Source: an uncultured Anaerolineae bacterium (GTDB lineage Bacteria > Chloroflexota > Anaerolineae > JAADDB01). Taken from it: DNA of 64,000 nucleotides. Below the pieces are notes generated by a model that did no database searches, had not been told where the DNA came from, and saw only the letters and a program-made list of their open reading frames with translations. Positions 36,324-46,123 of this stretch are shown one piece after another. The DNA lies in assembly GCA_964402285.1 (NCBI GenBank), contig CAYOAZ010000092.1:15978-79977 (forward strand). The letters run 5' to 3'. The translations under genes and the position numbers were made by a program. The stretch's first letter is position 1, and each line of letters starts with the position of its first letter.

Positions 36324-37531
36324 CGGAGATGCTGCGGATTCTGTTGTTGTATTCCAACACCGGTGGAGGGCACAAGGCATCCGCGGAGGCTTTGCAACAG
36401 GAGTTCGCGCGGCGTGATGTGCGGTACCGTGTGTTCATGGACGATGTGTTGCTTCAACGCACGTTCTGGCCTCTTTCCGAAAGTGATCGCTTCTACTTCT
36501 GGTCAGTAAGTAAGGCGCCCTGGTTTTGGAAGGCTTTATATCGTTCTGTGGCCCGCCGTGAGGTGTATACCACGCTGAACAAAACGTTGGGACCGATTAT
36601 TGGTCCTCGATTACGCCACCTGTACGAACGGGTGAATCCGGATCTGGTGGTCTCCCTCCATCCGCTTTTGAATCACTTGCCTCGCCGGGTGTTACAACAC
36701 TGGGTTCGTGGACGACAACGGCTTTCGGTTCCTTTTGTAACGGTGATCACTGATTTAACCACTTTTCATCCCGCGTGGGTGGATCCGGGTGCGGACGCGA
36801 TTACTGTAGCCACCCACGAGGCTTACACGAGGGTGATCCGCCTGGGCGCGGAGGCGGGGCGCGTTCACGTGTTAGGTCTTCCCCTGCGCCGATCGTTCCG
36901 CTCTTGTCCCACGGACCGCACTGCGCTGCGAGAGCGCTTGGGGGTGTCCTCAACGAGACGCACGGTGTTGGTTATGGGGGGCGGTCAGGGTATGGGTCCT
37001 GTAGAGGCCATTGTGCGGGAGATCGCTCGACAGTGTCCGCAGACGCAGGTGGTGGTTATAACGGGGCGCAATGAGGATTTGCGCCGACGTTTGGAAACTC
37101 TCTCCTGGCCTGTGCCTGTGCGCGTTCTGGGGTTTGTGGAGAACATTCACGAGTGGATGGCTATCAGTGATGTACTGGTAACGAAGGCTGGTCCGGGAAC
37201 TCTGGCCGAGGCCATGGTGTGTGGTTTGCCTGTGTTGTTGTACGGTTACATTCCCGGTCAGGAAGAGGGGAATGTAACTTTTGTGCTCAAGCACGGCATT
37301 GGTGAGTTCGCGGCAGAACCTCGTCGTATGGCATCCATTTTGGCTTCGTGGTTTTCGTCACCGGCAGCGTTGGCAGAAATGCGAGAACGTTCGCGGGCCC
37401 TGGCTCATGCAGATGCCACAGAGCGCGTTGTGGATCTTTTGCTGGATGTGGTGCACGCGGCGCGCTCGGATGGGGTGGTGTCGGCATACAATCCCCGTCC
37501 TACGTCGACGAATCAGGCTAAAACTAAGTAA
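36320..37531 (+). CDS. MGDG-synthase-like (GT28) glycolipid glycosyltransferase
   Basis: MTEMLRILLLYSNTGGGHKASAEALQQEF (MGDG_synth N-terminal signature); C-terminal GT-B half ...VTKAGPGTLAEAMVCGLPVLL. Confidence 0.75.
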   Translation: MTEMLRILLLYSNTGGGHKASAEALQQEFARRDVRYRVFMDDVLLQRTFWPLSESDRFYFWSVSKAPWFWKALYRSVARREVYTTLNKTLGPIIGPRLRHLYERVNPDLVVSLHPLLNHLPRRVLQHWVRGRQRLSVPFVTVITDLTTFHPAWVDPGADAITVATHEAYTRVIRLGAEAGRVHVLGLPLRRSFRSCPTDRTALRERLGVSSTRRTVLVMGGGQGMGPVEAIVREIARQCPQTQVVVITGRNEDLRRRLETLSWPVPVRVLGFVENIHEWMAISDVLVTKAGPGTLAEAMVCGLPVLLYGYIPGQEEGNVTFVLKHGIGEFAAEPRRMASILASWFSSPAALAEMRERSRALAHADATERVVDLLLDVVHAARSDGVVSAYNPRPTSTNQAKTK

Positions 37532-38009
37532 GGGAAGTGGTCTGATCTTCTTCGCGCGTGCTGCGCCACCAGGTTACTACCAGCTTTAAGATGTCGGATG
37601 TCGTTACCATCCCACAGACGTTCCCGTCCCGATCCAGCACGGGGATGCCCCCAATTTTGTTCTCGATGAGCAGTTCTGCAGCTTTCCACAAGGGGGTCTC
37701 AGGGGTGACGGTGATCGGGCGAGGGGTCATGGCCTCGGCCACGGTTAGCCATTCCTCTGCCGCTTCTGGCGCGTAAGGGTTAATGGTGGCTTTCACAGCC
37801 GTGGCTTCCCGCACGTCGCCCTGGGTGATGATGCCGACAAGCCGCCCTTCCGCGTCCACAACGGGTAAGCGACGGATGCCGTTTTCCTCCATGAGGGCCT
37901 GGGCTTCTTCCACCGGTGCGTCTTCTTGGATGACGATAACCGGGGAACTCATTACTTCACGGACAAGTGTTGCTTGGACGTGCATCCCCAACCTCCGTCT
38001 CTCCTGCAT
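37524..38009 (-). CDS. CBS-domain pair protein
   Basis: VREVMSSPVIVIQEDAPVEEAQALMEENGIRRLPVVDAEGRLVGIITQGDV plus a second CBS, VAEAMTPRPITVTPETPLWKAAELLIENKIGGIPVLDRDGNVCGMVTTSDI. Confidence 0.8.
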   Translation of the reverse strand: MQERRRLGMHVQATLVREVMSSPVIVIQEDAPVEEAQALMEENGIRRLPVVDAEGRLVGIITQGDVREATAVKATINPYAPEAAEEWLTVAEAMTPRPITVTPETPLWKAAELLIENKIGGIPVLDRDGNVCGMVTTSDILKLVVTWWRSTREEDQTTSLT

Positions 38010-38044
38010 GCATTAACGACTGTGGGTGGTTTGGGCTTTGGCCT

Positions 38045-38518
38045 TTAAGATGAGTTCGCTTCTGTGGATCGAATAAGTAATACGGGTACTGGTGAATTCC
38101 GCAGTACTTTCGCGGCCACGCTGCCGAACATCCACTGTCCCAGTCCACTTCGGCCATGTGTGGACATGACGACCAGGTCGATATTCTTGGATGTGATGGC
38201 GTTTAAAATGCCTAAGGCGGGAATACTGTTCTGCATGACAAACGCTTCGACCGCGAGGCCTTCGGCGCGTAATACTCCCGCGCGCGCTCGCAGGTATGTT
38301 TCTGCTTCTTCTAACACCCGCTCTTCTAATGTATCTAACTTGGGGAGCGTTAGGGAATCCGTCGGCAGGAGAGCAGTGATCGGTGGTACAATGCGCAACA
38401 GCACGAGGGTGGCTCCCATGCGCTTGGCAATCTCTGCCGCGTGGGGAATAGCCACTTCAGCAAACCCCGATCCGTCCAGCGGGACAAGAATTCGTTTGTA
38501 GGTGGCCAGCGTGCTCAT
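38045..38518 (-). CDS. universal stress protein (UspA family)
   Basis: YKRILVPLDGSGFAEVAIPHAAEIAKRMGATLVLLRIV...IDLVVMSTHGRSGLGQWMFGSVAAKVLRNSPVPVLLIR. Confidence 0.85.
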   Translation of the reverse strand: MSTLATYKRILVPLDGSGFAEVAIPHAAEIAKRMGATLVLLRIVPPITALLPTDSLTLPKLDTLEERVLEEAETYLRARAGVLRAEGLAVEAFVMQNSIPALGILNAITSKNIDLVVMSTHGRSGLGQWMFGSVAAKVLRNSPVPVLLIRSTEANSS

Positions 38519-38557
38519 GGATGTGGGCTCCTTATGTTGTCCGCACGGTGTATGTGT

Positions 38558-39220
38558 TCAAGATGTTTTACTTGCTGCATTGTGTGATGTTGCTGGGTCG
38601 GTTAAGTAATATGTCATGTGTTGGAGATGCACGATTGGGTCGATGTATTGTACCTGAACATGGGGAGGTAGGGCCAAAATGATAGGTGCGTAGCACAAGA
38701 GGGCCTGGATGCCTGCTTCTACCATCAGGTTCGCTACGTCTTGTGCCGCGTGTTCTGGGACCGCGATGACACCAATGCGCCATCCGTGCTGGCGCACGTC
38801 CTCCGGCATGTGTCGGACGTCGCGAACGGTTAACCCGCCCAGATCTCGGCCGATTTTGGCCGGGTCGTTGTCATACAGCGCGACGATCCGGAATCCGTTG
38901 ACTTCGAATTCCGGGTAGTGGAGCAGTGCCAGGCCCAGGGCTCCTGCCCCTACAACTATCATGTCCCAGACGCGATCCACGTGGAGGATGCGTTCCAGTT
39001 GGGTGATTAGGTAGGAGACGTCATAGCCTTTGCCTTGTTGGCCGAATTCTCCAAACCAGTTGAGGTCTTTTCGAATTTGGGCAGGGGTGAGATCCAGGAT
39101 CTCCCCCAGTTGTTTGGAGGAGACCAGTTGTACTCCCGCTCGTTGTAGTTGTTTGAGTGTCCGTAAGTAGAGCGGCAATCTGCTCACAACAACGTCAGGC
39201 ACTCCTACTTGGGTGGTCAC
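38558..39220 (-). CDS. rex: redox-sensing transcriptional repressor Rex
   Basis: [60 protein letters not shown] (winged HTH) plus Rossmann [13 protein letters not shown]. Confidence 0.9.
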   Translation of the reverse strand: MTTQVGVPDVVVSRLPLYLRTLKQLQRAGVQLVSSKQLGEILDLTPAQIRKDLNWFGEFGQQGKGYDVSYLITQLERILHVDRVWDMIVVGAGALGLALLHYPEFEVNGFRIVALYDNDPAKIGRDLGGLTVRDVRHMPEDVRQHGWRIGVIAVPEHAAQDVANLMVEAGIQALLCYAPIILALPPHVQVQYIDPIVHLQHMTYYLTDPATSHNAASKTS

Positions 39221-39247
39221 TGTTCTACTTCCCTCCGTTGCCGGAAT

Positions 39248-40381
39248 TTACACTCGCCAGGTGGGTATGGCGCCGATGTCTTCTACCAGGTGATGGTAAA
39301 TGCGCACGGTTTCTTGGGCGATGCGTTGGTGGGTGTAATGTTGCAAGACTCGTTCTCGCCCTTTCTGGCCGAGTTCTACTCGCAGGGTGGGGTTTTCCTG
39401 GAGCGCGCGTAGGTGTTCGGCCAGGCGTTCGATGTCGTCTTCCGGAAATATGAGGCCTGCGTCCCCAATGACGTGGGGGATTTCGCCACATGTGGAGCCG
39501 ATAACGGGTACAGCACAGGCCATCGCTTCGATGAGCACGCGGCCGAATTGTTCTTTCCAGTTGGGACGGGTGCGCGAGGGCAGGACGAGTACGTCAAACT
39601 GCCAGTAGATGTGAGGCATTTCGGTGCTGGGCACCCGAGGTGTCCACTGGATGCGATCCGCGATGCCGAGTTTGTGGGCGAGTTTCTGCAATCGTGTTTT
39701 TTCGCGGCCGTCTCCTACAATGTGCAATTGCCATTTTCCCGATAGTCGGGCAGCGGCGCGTAGGAGGAGGTCGACTCCTTTTTCCGGCACGAGGCCCCCC
39801 GCGTATCCAATGGTGAAGGGTTCGTCGGGTGGGCGCTCCCCCGGCCGGGGATGGAAGAGGTCGGGGTCTACGCCAAATTGGGGAAGCACCCGGGCCGGTC
39901 CCCGAAATCCTTTACGGCGTAACACTTTCAGGGCTTCTTGGTTGCCGGCAATGGCAAATCCCACGTGTTTGTACACGTAGTGTTCGAACAGGGAGAAGGG
40001 GGGTGGGTACGTCCGCATCAGGTTTTGCCAGGTGAAGAAGAGGCTGGGGATGTGCATGGCTACCGCGTAGCGTACGGCCAGCCATGTAGCCAGGTTATAG
40101 GGTTCTTCGTCAACGTGGACCAGGTCAGGCTGTAGGGTGTTGAGTTCTTCCCGTAGGGTTGGGTAGTGGTGAAGGTGATAGGATCCGATGAAACGCGTGG
40201 GGATGACTTTGAGGGTGTACCCCTGAGTGTGGGCGCGTTCCAATTTCTGGATCCCACGTTTGTCCCGCCAGTAGGGCGGGACGAGCACAATGAGGTCGAT
40301 GTCTTCGTGGGCCGCAATTTCTTCCAACTTGCGTTGGTACATGCCGACAATGCAGGCTTTGCATAGCATTACAACGCGCAT
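39248..40381 (-). CDS. glycosyltransferase family 4
   Basis: ...GGLVPEKGVDLLLRAAARL...LPSRTRPNWKEQFGRVLIEAMACAVPVIGSTCGEIPHVIGDAG. Confidence 0.85.
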   Translation of the reverse strand: MRVVMLCKACIVGMYQRKLEEIAAHEDIDLIVLVPPYWRDKRGIQKLERAHTQGYTLKVIPTRFIGSYHLHHYPTLREELNTLQPDLVHVDEEPYNLATWLAVRYAVAMHIPSLFFTWQNLMRTYPPPFSLFEHYVYKHVGFAIAGNQEALKVLRRKGFRGPARVLPQFGVDPDLFHPRPGERPPDEPFTIGYAGGLVPEKGVDLLLRAAARLSGKWQLHIVGDGREKTRLQKLAHKLGIADRIQWTPRVPSTEMPHIYWQFDVLVLPSRTRPNWKEQFGRVLIEAMACAVPVIGSTCGEIPHVIGDAGLIFPEDDIERLAEHLRALQENPTLRVELGQKGRERVLQHYTHQRIAQETVRIYHHLVEDIGAIPTWRV

Positions 40382-40416
40382 GGTCCGTCCGTTGGTTGTG
40401 CCAGTGTATCTCTGTG

Positions 40417-41919
40417 TTACGGACCGTACACCCAGGTCCGGAATAGGTCGTCCACGTTATCCCCACTAACATGTTCAATGACATGTTGGAGGTCGCGACC
40501 GGTAGCAATGCGGTACCGGTATGTGTTCAAGTAAGTGCGCAGTACGTCCAGGAAGACGTCATCCCCCAGACGTTTGCGCAAGGTGTGAAAGAACAGGGCC
40601 CCTTTGCCGTACACAATGGTCTCGTAATTCTGAGGTGTGTATTCGGATTCCGGTAAACCGATGGGGGCATCCAGGCCTCGGTCGCGAATGTAGCGTACCG
40701 GAATTTCCCATCGATTGTGCAAAACTGCATCAGCCACATCTTGTCCGTAGATGTCTTGATAATAAAAGTAAGTGCTGTATTCCGTCAACCCTTCGTCAAG
40801 CCATGGCTCGTTAATTTGGTCATTTCCTACTTGGTTGTACCACCACTGGTGGCCCACTTCGTGGACTGTAAGGAATTCGAGTTTACGCCGTTCGTCCCGG
40901 AATAATTCTACTCCCAATTGGCTCATTAGTGGGTATTCCATGCCTCGGTTGATGAGCATGGTTTCCACGACATCCATTTTGATGTACGGGTAGATGCCGA
41001 ATCGGTGGCTGTACACTTGCCACGCGGCGCTCGCGTAGGTCAGCGCGGCGCGCGCGGTCTCCTCGTCCCCGGGTAGATAGTAGACCCGTATGGCGACTCC
41101 CTGGATTCTTCGTTCCTCTTGGCGATAGCGATCGCCCAGGACAATGGTGAACTCACGCGCGGGGCCGCTGACCAGTTCGTAGGTTGTCTGCGCGCTCTGA
41201 GTGTAGGGGGTGGCCGCGCTGATGACCGCACTGCTTATCAAAGTCATCGTGGAGGGGACGGTGACCCATGCGTGGAAGAAACTGCTTTCAGCGACCAGCG
41301 TATCCCCCATGGGAAGGCCGTCATCCAGTTTCCACGTGCCATCTTCCCGGGGGACGGCTAATACCGGGTAGGCTAAGGGCAGGTTGATAATTCCCTGGTG
41401 TTCTCCGAAGAGCCAATATCCGTTCGGTTCCCAGCGCGGGTATTGGACGGTGTAGAGGACGTCCAGGTGAAGGGTGCCACCGCTTTCGATGAGCATGGGA
41501 AGGTCGGCGACCACGGATGTGCGGGTGTCGCTGTAGCGGAAGGGAAGTTGTTGGCCGTTCCCCATTAAGGATCGGATGCGCATGACCCCGCCATAATGGC
41601 GGAGGTTGGGGAAGAGGCGCAGGGCAACGGTGTGCCATGCTCTCGGAATGCGGTTGGTGACGGTGATGTGGGCAGTTCCTGTGATGAGGCGATGGGCGAT
41701 GTCCACTTCTTCGCGGAGTTCGTAAATGGGAGCCGTGCGGAGTTGTGGGAGGTCAAGGATGTTCTGGTAGGGAGGACGTATGGCCACACGCTGGGGGGCC
41801 AGTGGATCCCGCGCGTGCGGGGCACGTGGCCATTTCACTGTACACGCTAACAGTGTGCCCAGGATTAGGGCGATGATGCCTACCAGTGCAATGTGGTATA
41901 TCCGGGTGCGTGTGGCCAT
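40417..41919 (-). CDS. M1-family (gluzincin) metallopeptidase-like protein with N-terminal signal anchor
   Basis: Zinc motif LTVHEVGHQWWYNQVGN...18 aa...WLDEGLTEY (HEXXH-x18-E). N-terminal TM HIALVGIIALILGTLLA. Confidence 0.7.
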   Translation of the reverse strand: MATRTRIYHIALVGIIALILGTLLACTVKWPRAPHARDPLAPQRVAIRPPYQNILDLPQLRTAPIYELREEVDIAHRLITGTAHITVTNRIPRAWHTVALRLFPNLRHYGGVMRIRSLMGNGQQLPFRYSDTRTSVVADLPMLIESGGTLHLDVLYTVQYPRWEPNGYWLFGEHQGIINLPLAYPVLAVPREDGTWKLDDGLPMGDTLVAESSFFHAWVTVPSTMTLISSAVISAATPYTQSAQTTYELVSGPAREFTIVLGDRYRQEERRIQGVAIRVYYLPGDEETARAALTYASAAWQVYSHRFGIYPYIKMDVVETMLINRGMEYPLMSQLGVELFRDERRKLEFLTVHEVGHQWWYNQVGNDQINEPWLDEGLTEYSTYFYYQDIYGQDVADAVLHNRWEIPVRYIRDRGLDAPIGLPESEYTPQNYETIVYGKGALFFHTLRKRLGDDVFLDVLRTYLNTYRYRIATGRDLQHVIEHVSGDNVDDLFRTWVYGP

Positions 41920-41993
41920 ACGTTTGTTGTCCTCACATAGGCAGATGCACGGTCCGGGTACATTGTCGTCGCATTGCAGTGTTCAAACAATTT

Positions 41994-43286
41994 CTATGTC
42001 AGCCGACGTTCGCGCCACATGGTAATAAGTGCTCCCACACCTACCAGAACGGCCAGGAGTGCAAACAGCCATCCCACATAAGGCAACGCGGTGAGGAGCA
42101 CGTAGATGATGATGCCCACGAGGAGGGGCAACACCCACCAGTAACTGCCGCGGTCTATTTTGGAAAGTACGCCGTATGGCACGAGAACCGGGACCATGAG
42201 GTTGGTATATGCCAGGTATCCGACGATGATGAAGGCGTCAAAGGCCAGGCCCAGGATGAGTGTCCACTTGGCCAGGAAGCCCAGGGAAATGAGGCCCAGG
42301 ATGAGCATGAGCACAATGGCTCCGATCAGGATGATGAAGAGGGCGGCTAAGGTCACCAGGACTCCTACGATGCCCCACCCGAGGGAGGTTAATGGTTTTC
42401 GGATCAGTGTTTGTCCCACTTTCCGTGGAAAGGCCGGGATAACCAGGAAGAGTATTAGGCCGATGATCAGGTAGGAGATGAAACGTCTTACCTGGATCAG
42501 GATCCACTGAGCGGAGCCAAAGGTGGGGTGTTTTTGGGCCTTGGTTTCGCGTGGGGCCGGTAGTTTGTGTGTGATCTGGCCACGAATGGTCGCGTTGGGT
42601 GCGATTTTGGCTTCTTCCAGGGCCTGATATGTGAGGTCGCCTTCGATGACCGCGTTATCTGCAATGGTCAGTCCCAGGGGAACCTGGGGAATTTCGATGT
42701 TCGGTGCGCCAAAGAACGCTGTAAAGGGCGCGTTGGGAGCATTGCTGCGTTCTCCCACATTCGCGCGCACATTTCCCATGATGTGGCCTTGGATTTCCAA
42801 TCCGTTCGCGCCGATGAGGGCGTCCTCGCCGATCTGGCCGGCGAGAAGTACTTGATAGGCGCCGGCTACGAATGTGCCGTGAATGAGGTTTTCGGCGGTC
42901 TGCTCGATGCTGAACCCTGCAGCGATGACGTCGTCGCCCACTTCCGGTCCGGATATGCGGATTATCTGCCCGGCCGCGCGCACGTCGTCGTCCACCTGGC
43001 CCTGGATGTCTACGATCTGCCCTGCAACAACCACGTCGCCGGTTATGTGTCCTTTGGGGCCAATGGTGATTTCTCGGGCGAACGCGTACAGGTCACCCTG
43101 AATGGTTCCGTCTATGCGGATGGTGTTGCCGAACGCGTAGAGGTCATCGGGTACGATTTCCCCTTCCTTGATGAGGACGGTGTCGTTTGTGGTGATGTTT
43201 GTGGCCCAGGAGGTGGGAGCGAGCAGGATGAAGGCCAGCAATGCAACGGTTACTACGGTGATAATTGCGAGAATTGTGCGGCGCAT
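41994..43286 (-). CDS. membrane protein with extracytoplasmic beta-helical repeat domain (bactofilin/DUF4097-like GDV repeats) and C-terminal 5-6 TM bundle
   Basis: N-terminal anchor ILAIITVVTVALLAFILLA. Repeats IDGTIQGDLYAFAREITIGPKGHITGDVVVAGQIVDIQGQVDDDVRAAGQIIRISGPEVGDDVIAAG.... C-terminal helices with G/L-rich segments. Confidence 0.5.
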   Translation of the reverse strand: MRRTILAIITVVTVALLAFILLAPTSWATNITTNDTVLIKEGEIVPDDLYAFGNTIRIDGTIQGDLYAFAREITIGPKGHITGDVVVAGQIVDIQGQVDDDVRAAGQIIRISGPEVGDDVIAAGFSIEQTAENLIHGTFVAGAYQVLLAGQIGEDALIGANGLEIQGHIMGNVRANVGERSNAPNAPFTAFFGAPNIEIPQVPLGLTIADNAVIEGDLTYQALEEAKIAPNATIRGQITHKLPAPRETKAQKHPTFGSAQWILIQVRRFISYLIIGLILFLVIPAFPRKVGQTLIRKPLTSLGWGIVGVLVTLAALFIILIGAIVLMLILGLISLGFLAKWTLILGLAFDAFIIVGYLAYTNLMVPVLVPYGVLSKIDRGSYWWVLPLLVGIIIYVLLTALPYVGWLFALLAVLVGVGALITMWRERRLT

Positions 43287-43290
43287 GTTC

Positions 43291-44169
43291 TCACCTCCTC
43301 TCCACGATGGCTTCGTACAGTGCTTGTAGTTCTTCGTCAGAGTAGAAATGGATGACGATTTGCCCTCCCCGCTTGCCCTTTCGTACTTCTACCTTGGTTC
43401 CCAGGCGTTCCCGAAACGCGTTTTCAAGGGATTGGAGTTCTGGGTCGGGCGGAGGAGGTGATGTCGGTTCTTTTTCCCGGGCTTCTAGTAATTTCCGCAC
43501 CAGTTTCTCTGTCTGGCGGACGCTTAGGTGTTCTCGAATGATTTTATCCAGCACGCGCTTTTGCAGGTCTGGGTCTCCTAACGATAACAGGGCTCGGCCG
43601 TGTCCTTCTGTGATGGTTCCCTCCAGGAGTGCGGCCTGAATTTCCGCGGGCAGATTCAACAAGCGCAGGGTGTTGGCGATGGCTGCGCGACTTTTTCCCA
43701 CCCGTTGGGCAACTTCGGCCTGGGTGAGGCCGAAGCCTTCCATCAAACTTTTATACGCTGCCGCGGCTTCCAATGGGTTCAAATCGGCCCGCTGAACGTT
43801 CTCTACCAGTGCCCATTCGACCAGTTGTTGTCGATTTGCTTCTTTGATGATGGCTGGGACGTGGGTTAATCCGGCCAGTTTTGCTGCCCTCCACCGTCGT
43901 TCTCCGGCCACGATGTAGTATGGGGTGGGACTATCCGGGGTTGCGCGGGCAAGGACCAATGGTTGGAGGATGCCGTGTACACGAATGGAGGCGGCCAGTT
44001 CGGCCAGGGATTCTTCGTCAAAGTGACGACGCGGTTGGTGGGGGTTGGGAGAGATTTGGTCTATCGGTACTTCTTGGGTGAGATCTCCCATAATCCGAGG
44101 TGGGCCATGGCGTTCATTTTGGGAGATGAGGGCGTCCAATCCTTTACCCAGTCCGCGCTTTCGTCCCAT
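43291..44169 (-). CDS. parB: chromosome partitioning protein ParB
   Basis: MGRKRGLGKGLDALIS...ISPNPHQPRRHFDEESLAELAASIRVHGILQPLVLAR...YYIVAGERRWRAAKLAGLTHVPAII... (ParB box GERRWRA). Confidence 0.9.
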   Translation of the reverse strand: MGRKRGLGKGLDALISQNERHGPPRIMGDLTQEVPIDQISPNPHQPRRHFDEESLAELAASIRVHGILQPLVLARATPDSPTPYYIVAGERRWRAAKLAGLTHVPAIIKEANRQQLVEWALVENVQRADLNPLEAAAAYKSLMEGFGLTQAEVAQRVGKSRAAIANTLRLLNLPAEIQAALLEGTITEGHGRALLSLGDPDLQKRVLDKIIREHLSVRQTEKLVRKLLEAREKEPTSPPPPDPELQSLENAFRERLGTKVEVRKGKRGGQIVIHFYSDEELQALYEAIVERR

Positions 44170-44285
44170 TGTCGGCTTCCTTTCTTTGCGCTATGTCCTG
44201 TGTTGGTTCCTGGTGTGGAATGAGGGTATGCGTGCGATTTTATGTGTGTTTGGAAGATTCTACGATACCCATGACGAAGGAACGG

Positions 44286-45083
44286 TTAATGAGTGACGTG
44301 TTTGGGATAGGCTAATCCAAGTCGCTGGCAGAATTCCTGGGCTAGATTCTCGTATGCAATGCCGCCCGGGGAGTGTGGCGCATAGCGACGAATGGTTTCC
44401 CCGTAACTGGGTGCTTCTCCTAGTCGCACGTTGCGCGGGATAACCGTTTGAAAGACACGTTCTCCCAGGACTTGCCGGACGTTTTCTTCGACTTGTTGGG
44501 ACAGTTTGGTGCGTGCGTCGTACATGGTCAGCACTACCCCGGCAATGTGACACCGGGGGTTAAGCCGATCGCGCACGAGGGTGATGGTTTCCCACAGGCG
44601 CCCTAAACCTTCCAGCGCGAGGTACTCGCACTGGACCGGGATGATGACGCCTGCGTTCACGGCCGCGAGCGCGTTAACTGTGAGGAGTCCCAAACTCGGG
44701 GGGCTGTCAATAATGATGATGTCATATTGGTCCTGGATGGGCTCCAATGCGTCACGCAGGAGGTATTCACGGTTCGGTACGTCCACCAGTTCCACTTCCA
44801 CCGCGGCCAAATCAGGATGGCCGGGGACAACATCCAGGTGGGGTTCCTCGGTGTGAACGATGGTGTCTGCCAGGTTTACCCGCCCTACGAAGACGTCATA
44901 CAGGGAGTAAGGTAAATCCAGTGTGGGGAGACCAAGGCTGCTGGTCGCGTTGGCCTGGGGATCCGCATCCACGAGCAGGATGTGGTATCCCCCGTGGGCC
45001 AGATAGGCCCCCAGGTTCACCGCTGTGGTGGTCTTACCAACCCCACCTTTTTGATTGGCCATGGCAAAGGTGTACGCGGTCAT
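44286..45083 (-). CDS. parA: chromosome partitioning ATPase ParA/Soj
   Basis: FAMANQKGGVGKTTTAVNLGAYLA (deviant Walker A KGGVGKTT); ...IIIDSPPSLG.... Confidence 0.9.
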   Translation of the reverse strand: MTAYTFAMANQKGGVGKTTTAVNLGAYLAHGGYHILLVDADPQANATSSLGLPTLDLPYSLYDVFVGRVNLADTIVHTEEPHLDVVPGHPDLAAVEVELVDVPNREYLLRDALEPIQDQYDIIIIDSPPSLGLLTVNALAAVNAGVIIPVQCEYLALEGLGRLWETITLVRDRLNPRCHIAGVVLTMYDARTKLSQQVEENVRQVLGERVFQTVIPRNVRLGEAPSYGETIRRYAPHSPGGIAYENLAQEFCQRLGLAYPKHVTH

Positions 45084-45931
45084 AAAACGGGTACCTCAGT
45101 TGGTGACCAGGGATGCTCTTCCATGTAAGCCAGCACAACGTCCCGCGTGGGAATGCCCTGCGGACCAATGTCTTCTACTGCAAATGACGCTACAATGTTG
45201 GCAAAGTACGCGGATTGAAGGGGATCGCCGGTTTCGTGCAGGCGAATGAGCATGGCTGCTGTGAATACGTCTCCCGCGCCGGTAGGATCTACTTCGTGGG
45301 CTGGACGCGGGGGGACAGGGGTAGCCACTCCGTTCTGGTATACGATACACCCTTGTTTGCTCAAGGTGACGACCACCAGGGGAAACATCTGGATGAGTTG
45401 GCGGTGGATTTCCGGGTCTCCGCCAAAGTCTTCGCTGCTGAACACTAACAGGTCGGTGTACGGCCGAACTTGTTCGGCTTCTTCCCAAGGACGTGGGTGC
45501 ACCCGTCCTTCCTCGTCCCAACGCCGTCCCCATCCTTGGGGAACAACGCCCAGGAGTGAATGGGAAAATTTCTCGGCGAAGCGAGGATCTATTTCCGCGG
45601 CTACGGCTCCCAGGAGCACCATGGGCGCCTTTTCCCACCCGGACGGGAGGGCTTCGACCGGGATGGGGTCGGCGACCGCGTCAACGTATTGGATGCGGTG
45701 GCCGTTCAGGTAGATGTTACGGAAGGTGGTGGTTACCTGGGAGGGTAGGCGATGAACAGTTATGCCGGGCAGTGCTTGCGCAAAGGGGTAATTCTCCCCG
45801 GCTCGGGTGAGTATGGCCGCGCGATAGCCCAGTTTCTGGGCTGTGAGTGCGGCAAAGGTTACAGTACCTCCCGGGGTGTAGTGACTGTTTCGTTTATCTA
45901 GCGTGACATGACCAATTGTAAGAAAATCCAT
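45080..45931 (-). CDS. PfkB-family carbohydrate kinase
   Basis: MDFLTIGHVTLDKRNSHYTPGGTVTFAALTAQKLGYRAAILT...DPTGAGDVFTAAMLIRL (PfkB signature 2). Overlaps the parA start by 4 nt. Confidence 0.8.
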   Translation of the reverse strand: MDFLTIGHVTLDKRNSHYTPGGTVTFAALTAQKLGYRAAILTRAGENYPFAQALPGITVHRLPSQVTTTFRNIYLNGHRIQYVDAVADPIPVEALPSGWEKAPMVLLGAVAAEIDPRFAEKFSHSLLGVVPQGWGRRWDEEGRVHPRPWEEAEQVRPYTDLLVFSSEDFGGDPEIHRQLIQMFPLVVVTLSKQGCIVYQNGVATPVPPRPAHEVDPTGAGDVFTAAMLIRLHETGDPLQSAYFANIVASFAVEDIGPQGIPTRDVVLAYMEEHPWSPTEVPVL

Positions 45932-46123
45932 TCCTCGATGATCCCCCTTTTATCGGCATTCTGTGCCAGTAATTTGTTCGTAGTTTCCTCTTTGTCCTTG
46001 CTTCGCGGCAAGGGACGATCCCACGTCCGCATCATTGTAGCATAAGGCGGTGATTTCACAGAAGTGATCGGTTCTCATAAAGCGGTAATTGCTCTGGACG
46101 TGGGTGGATGCGGGAATAGAAAT

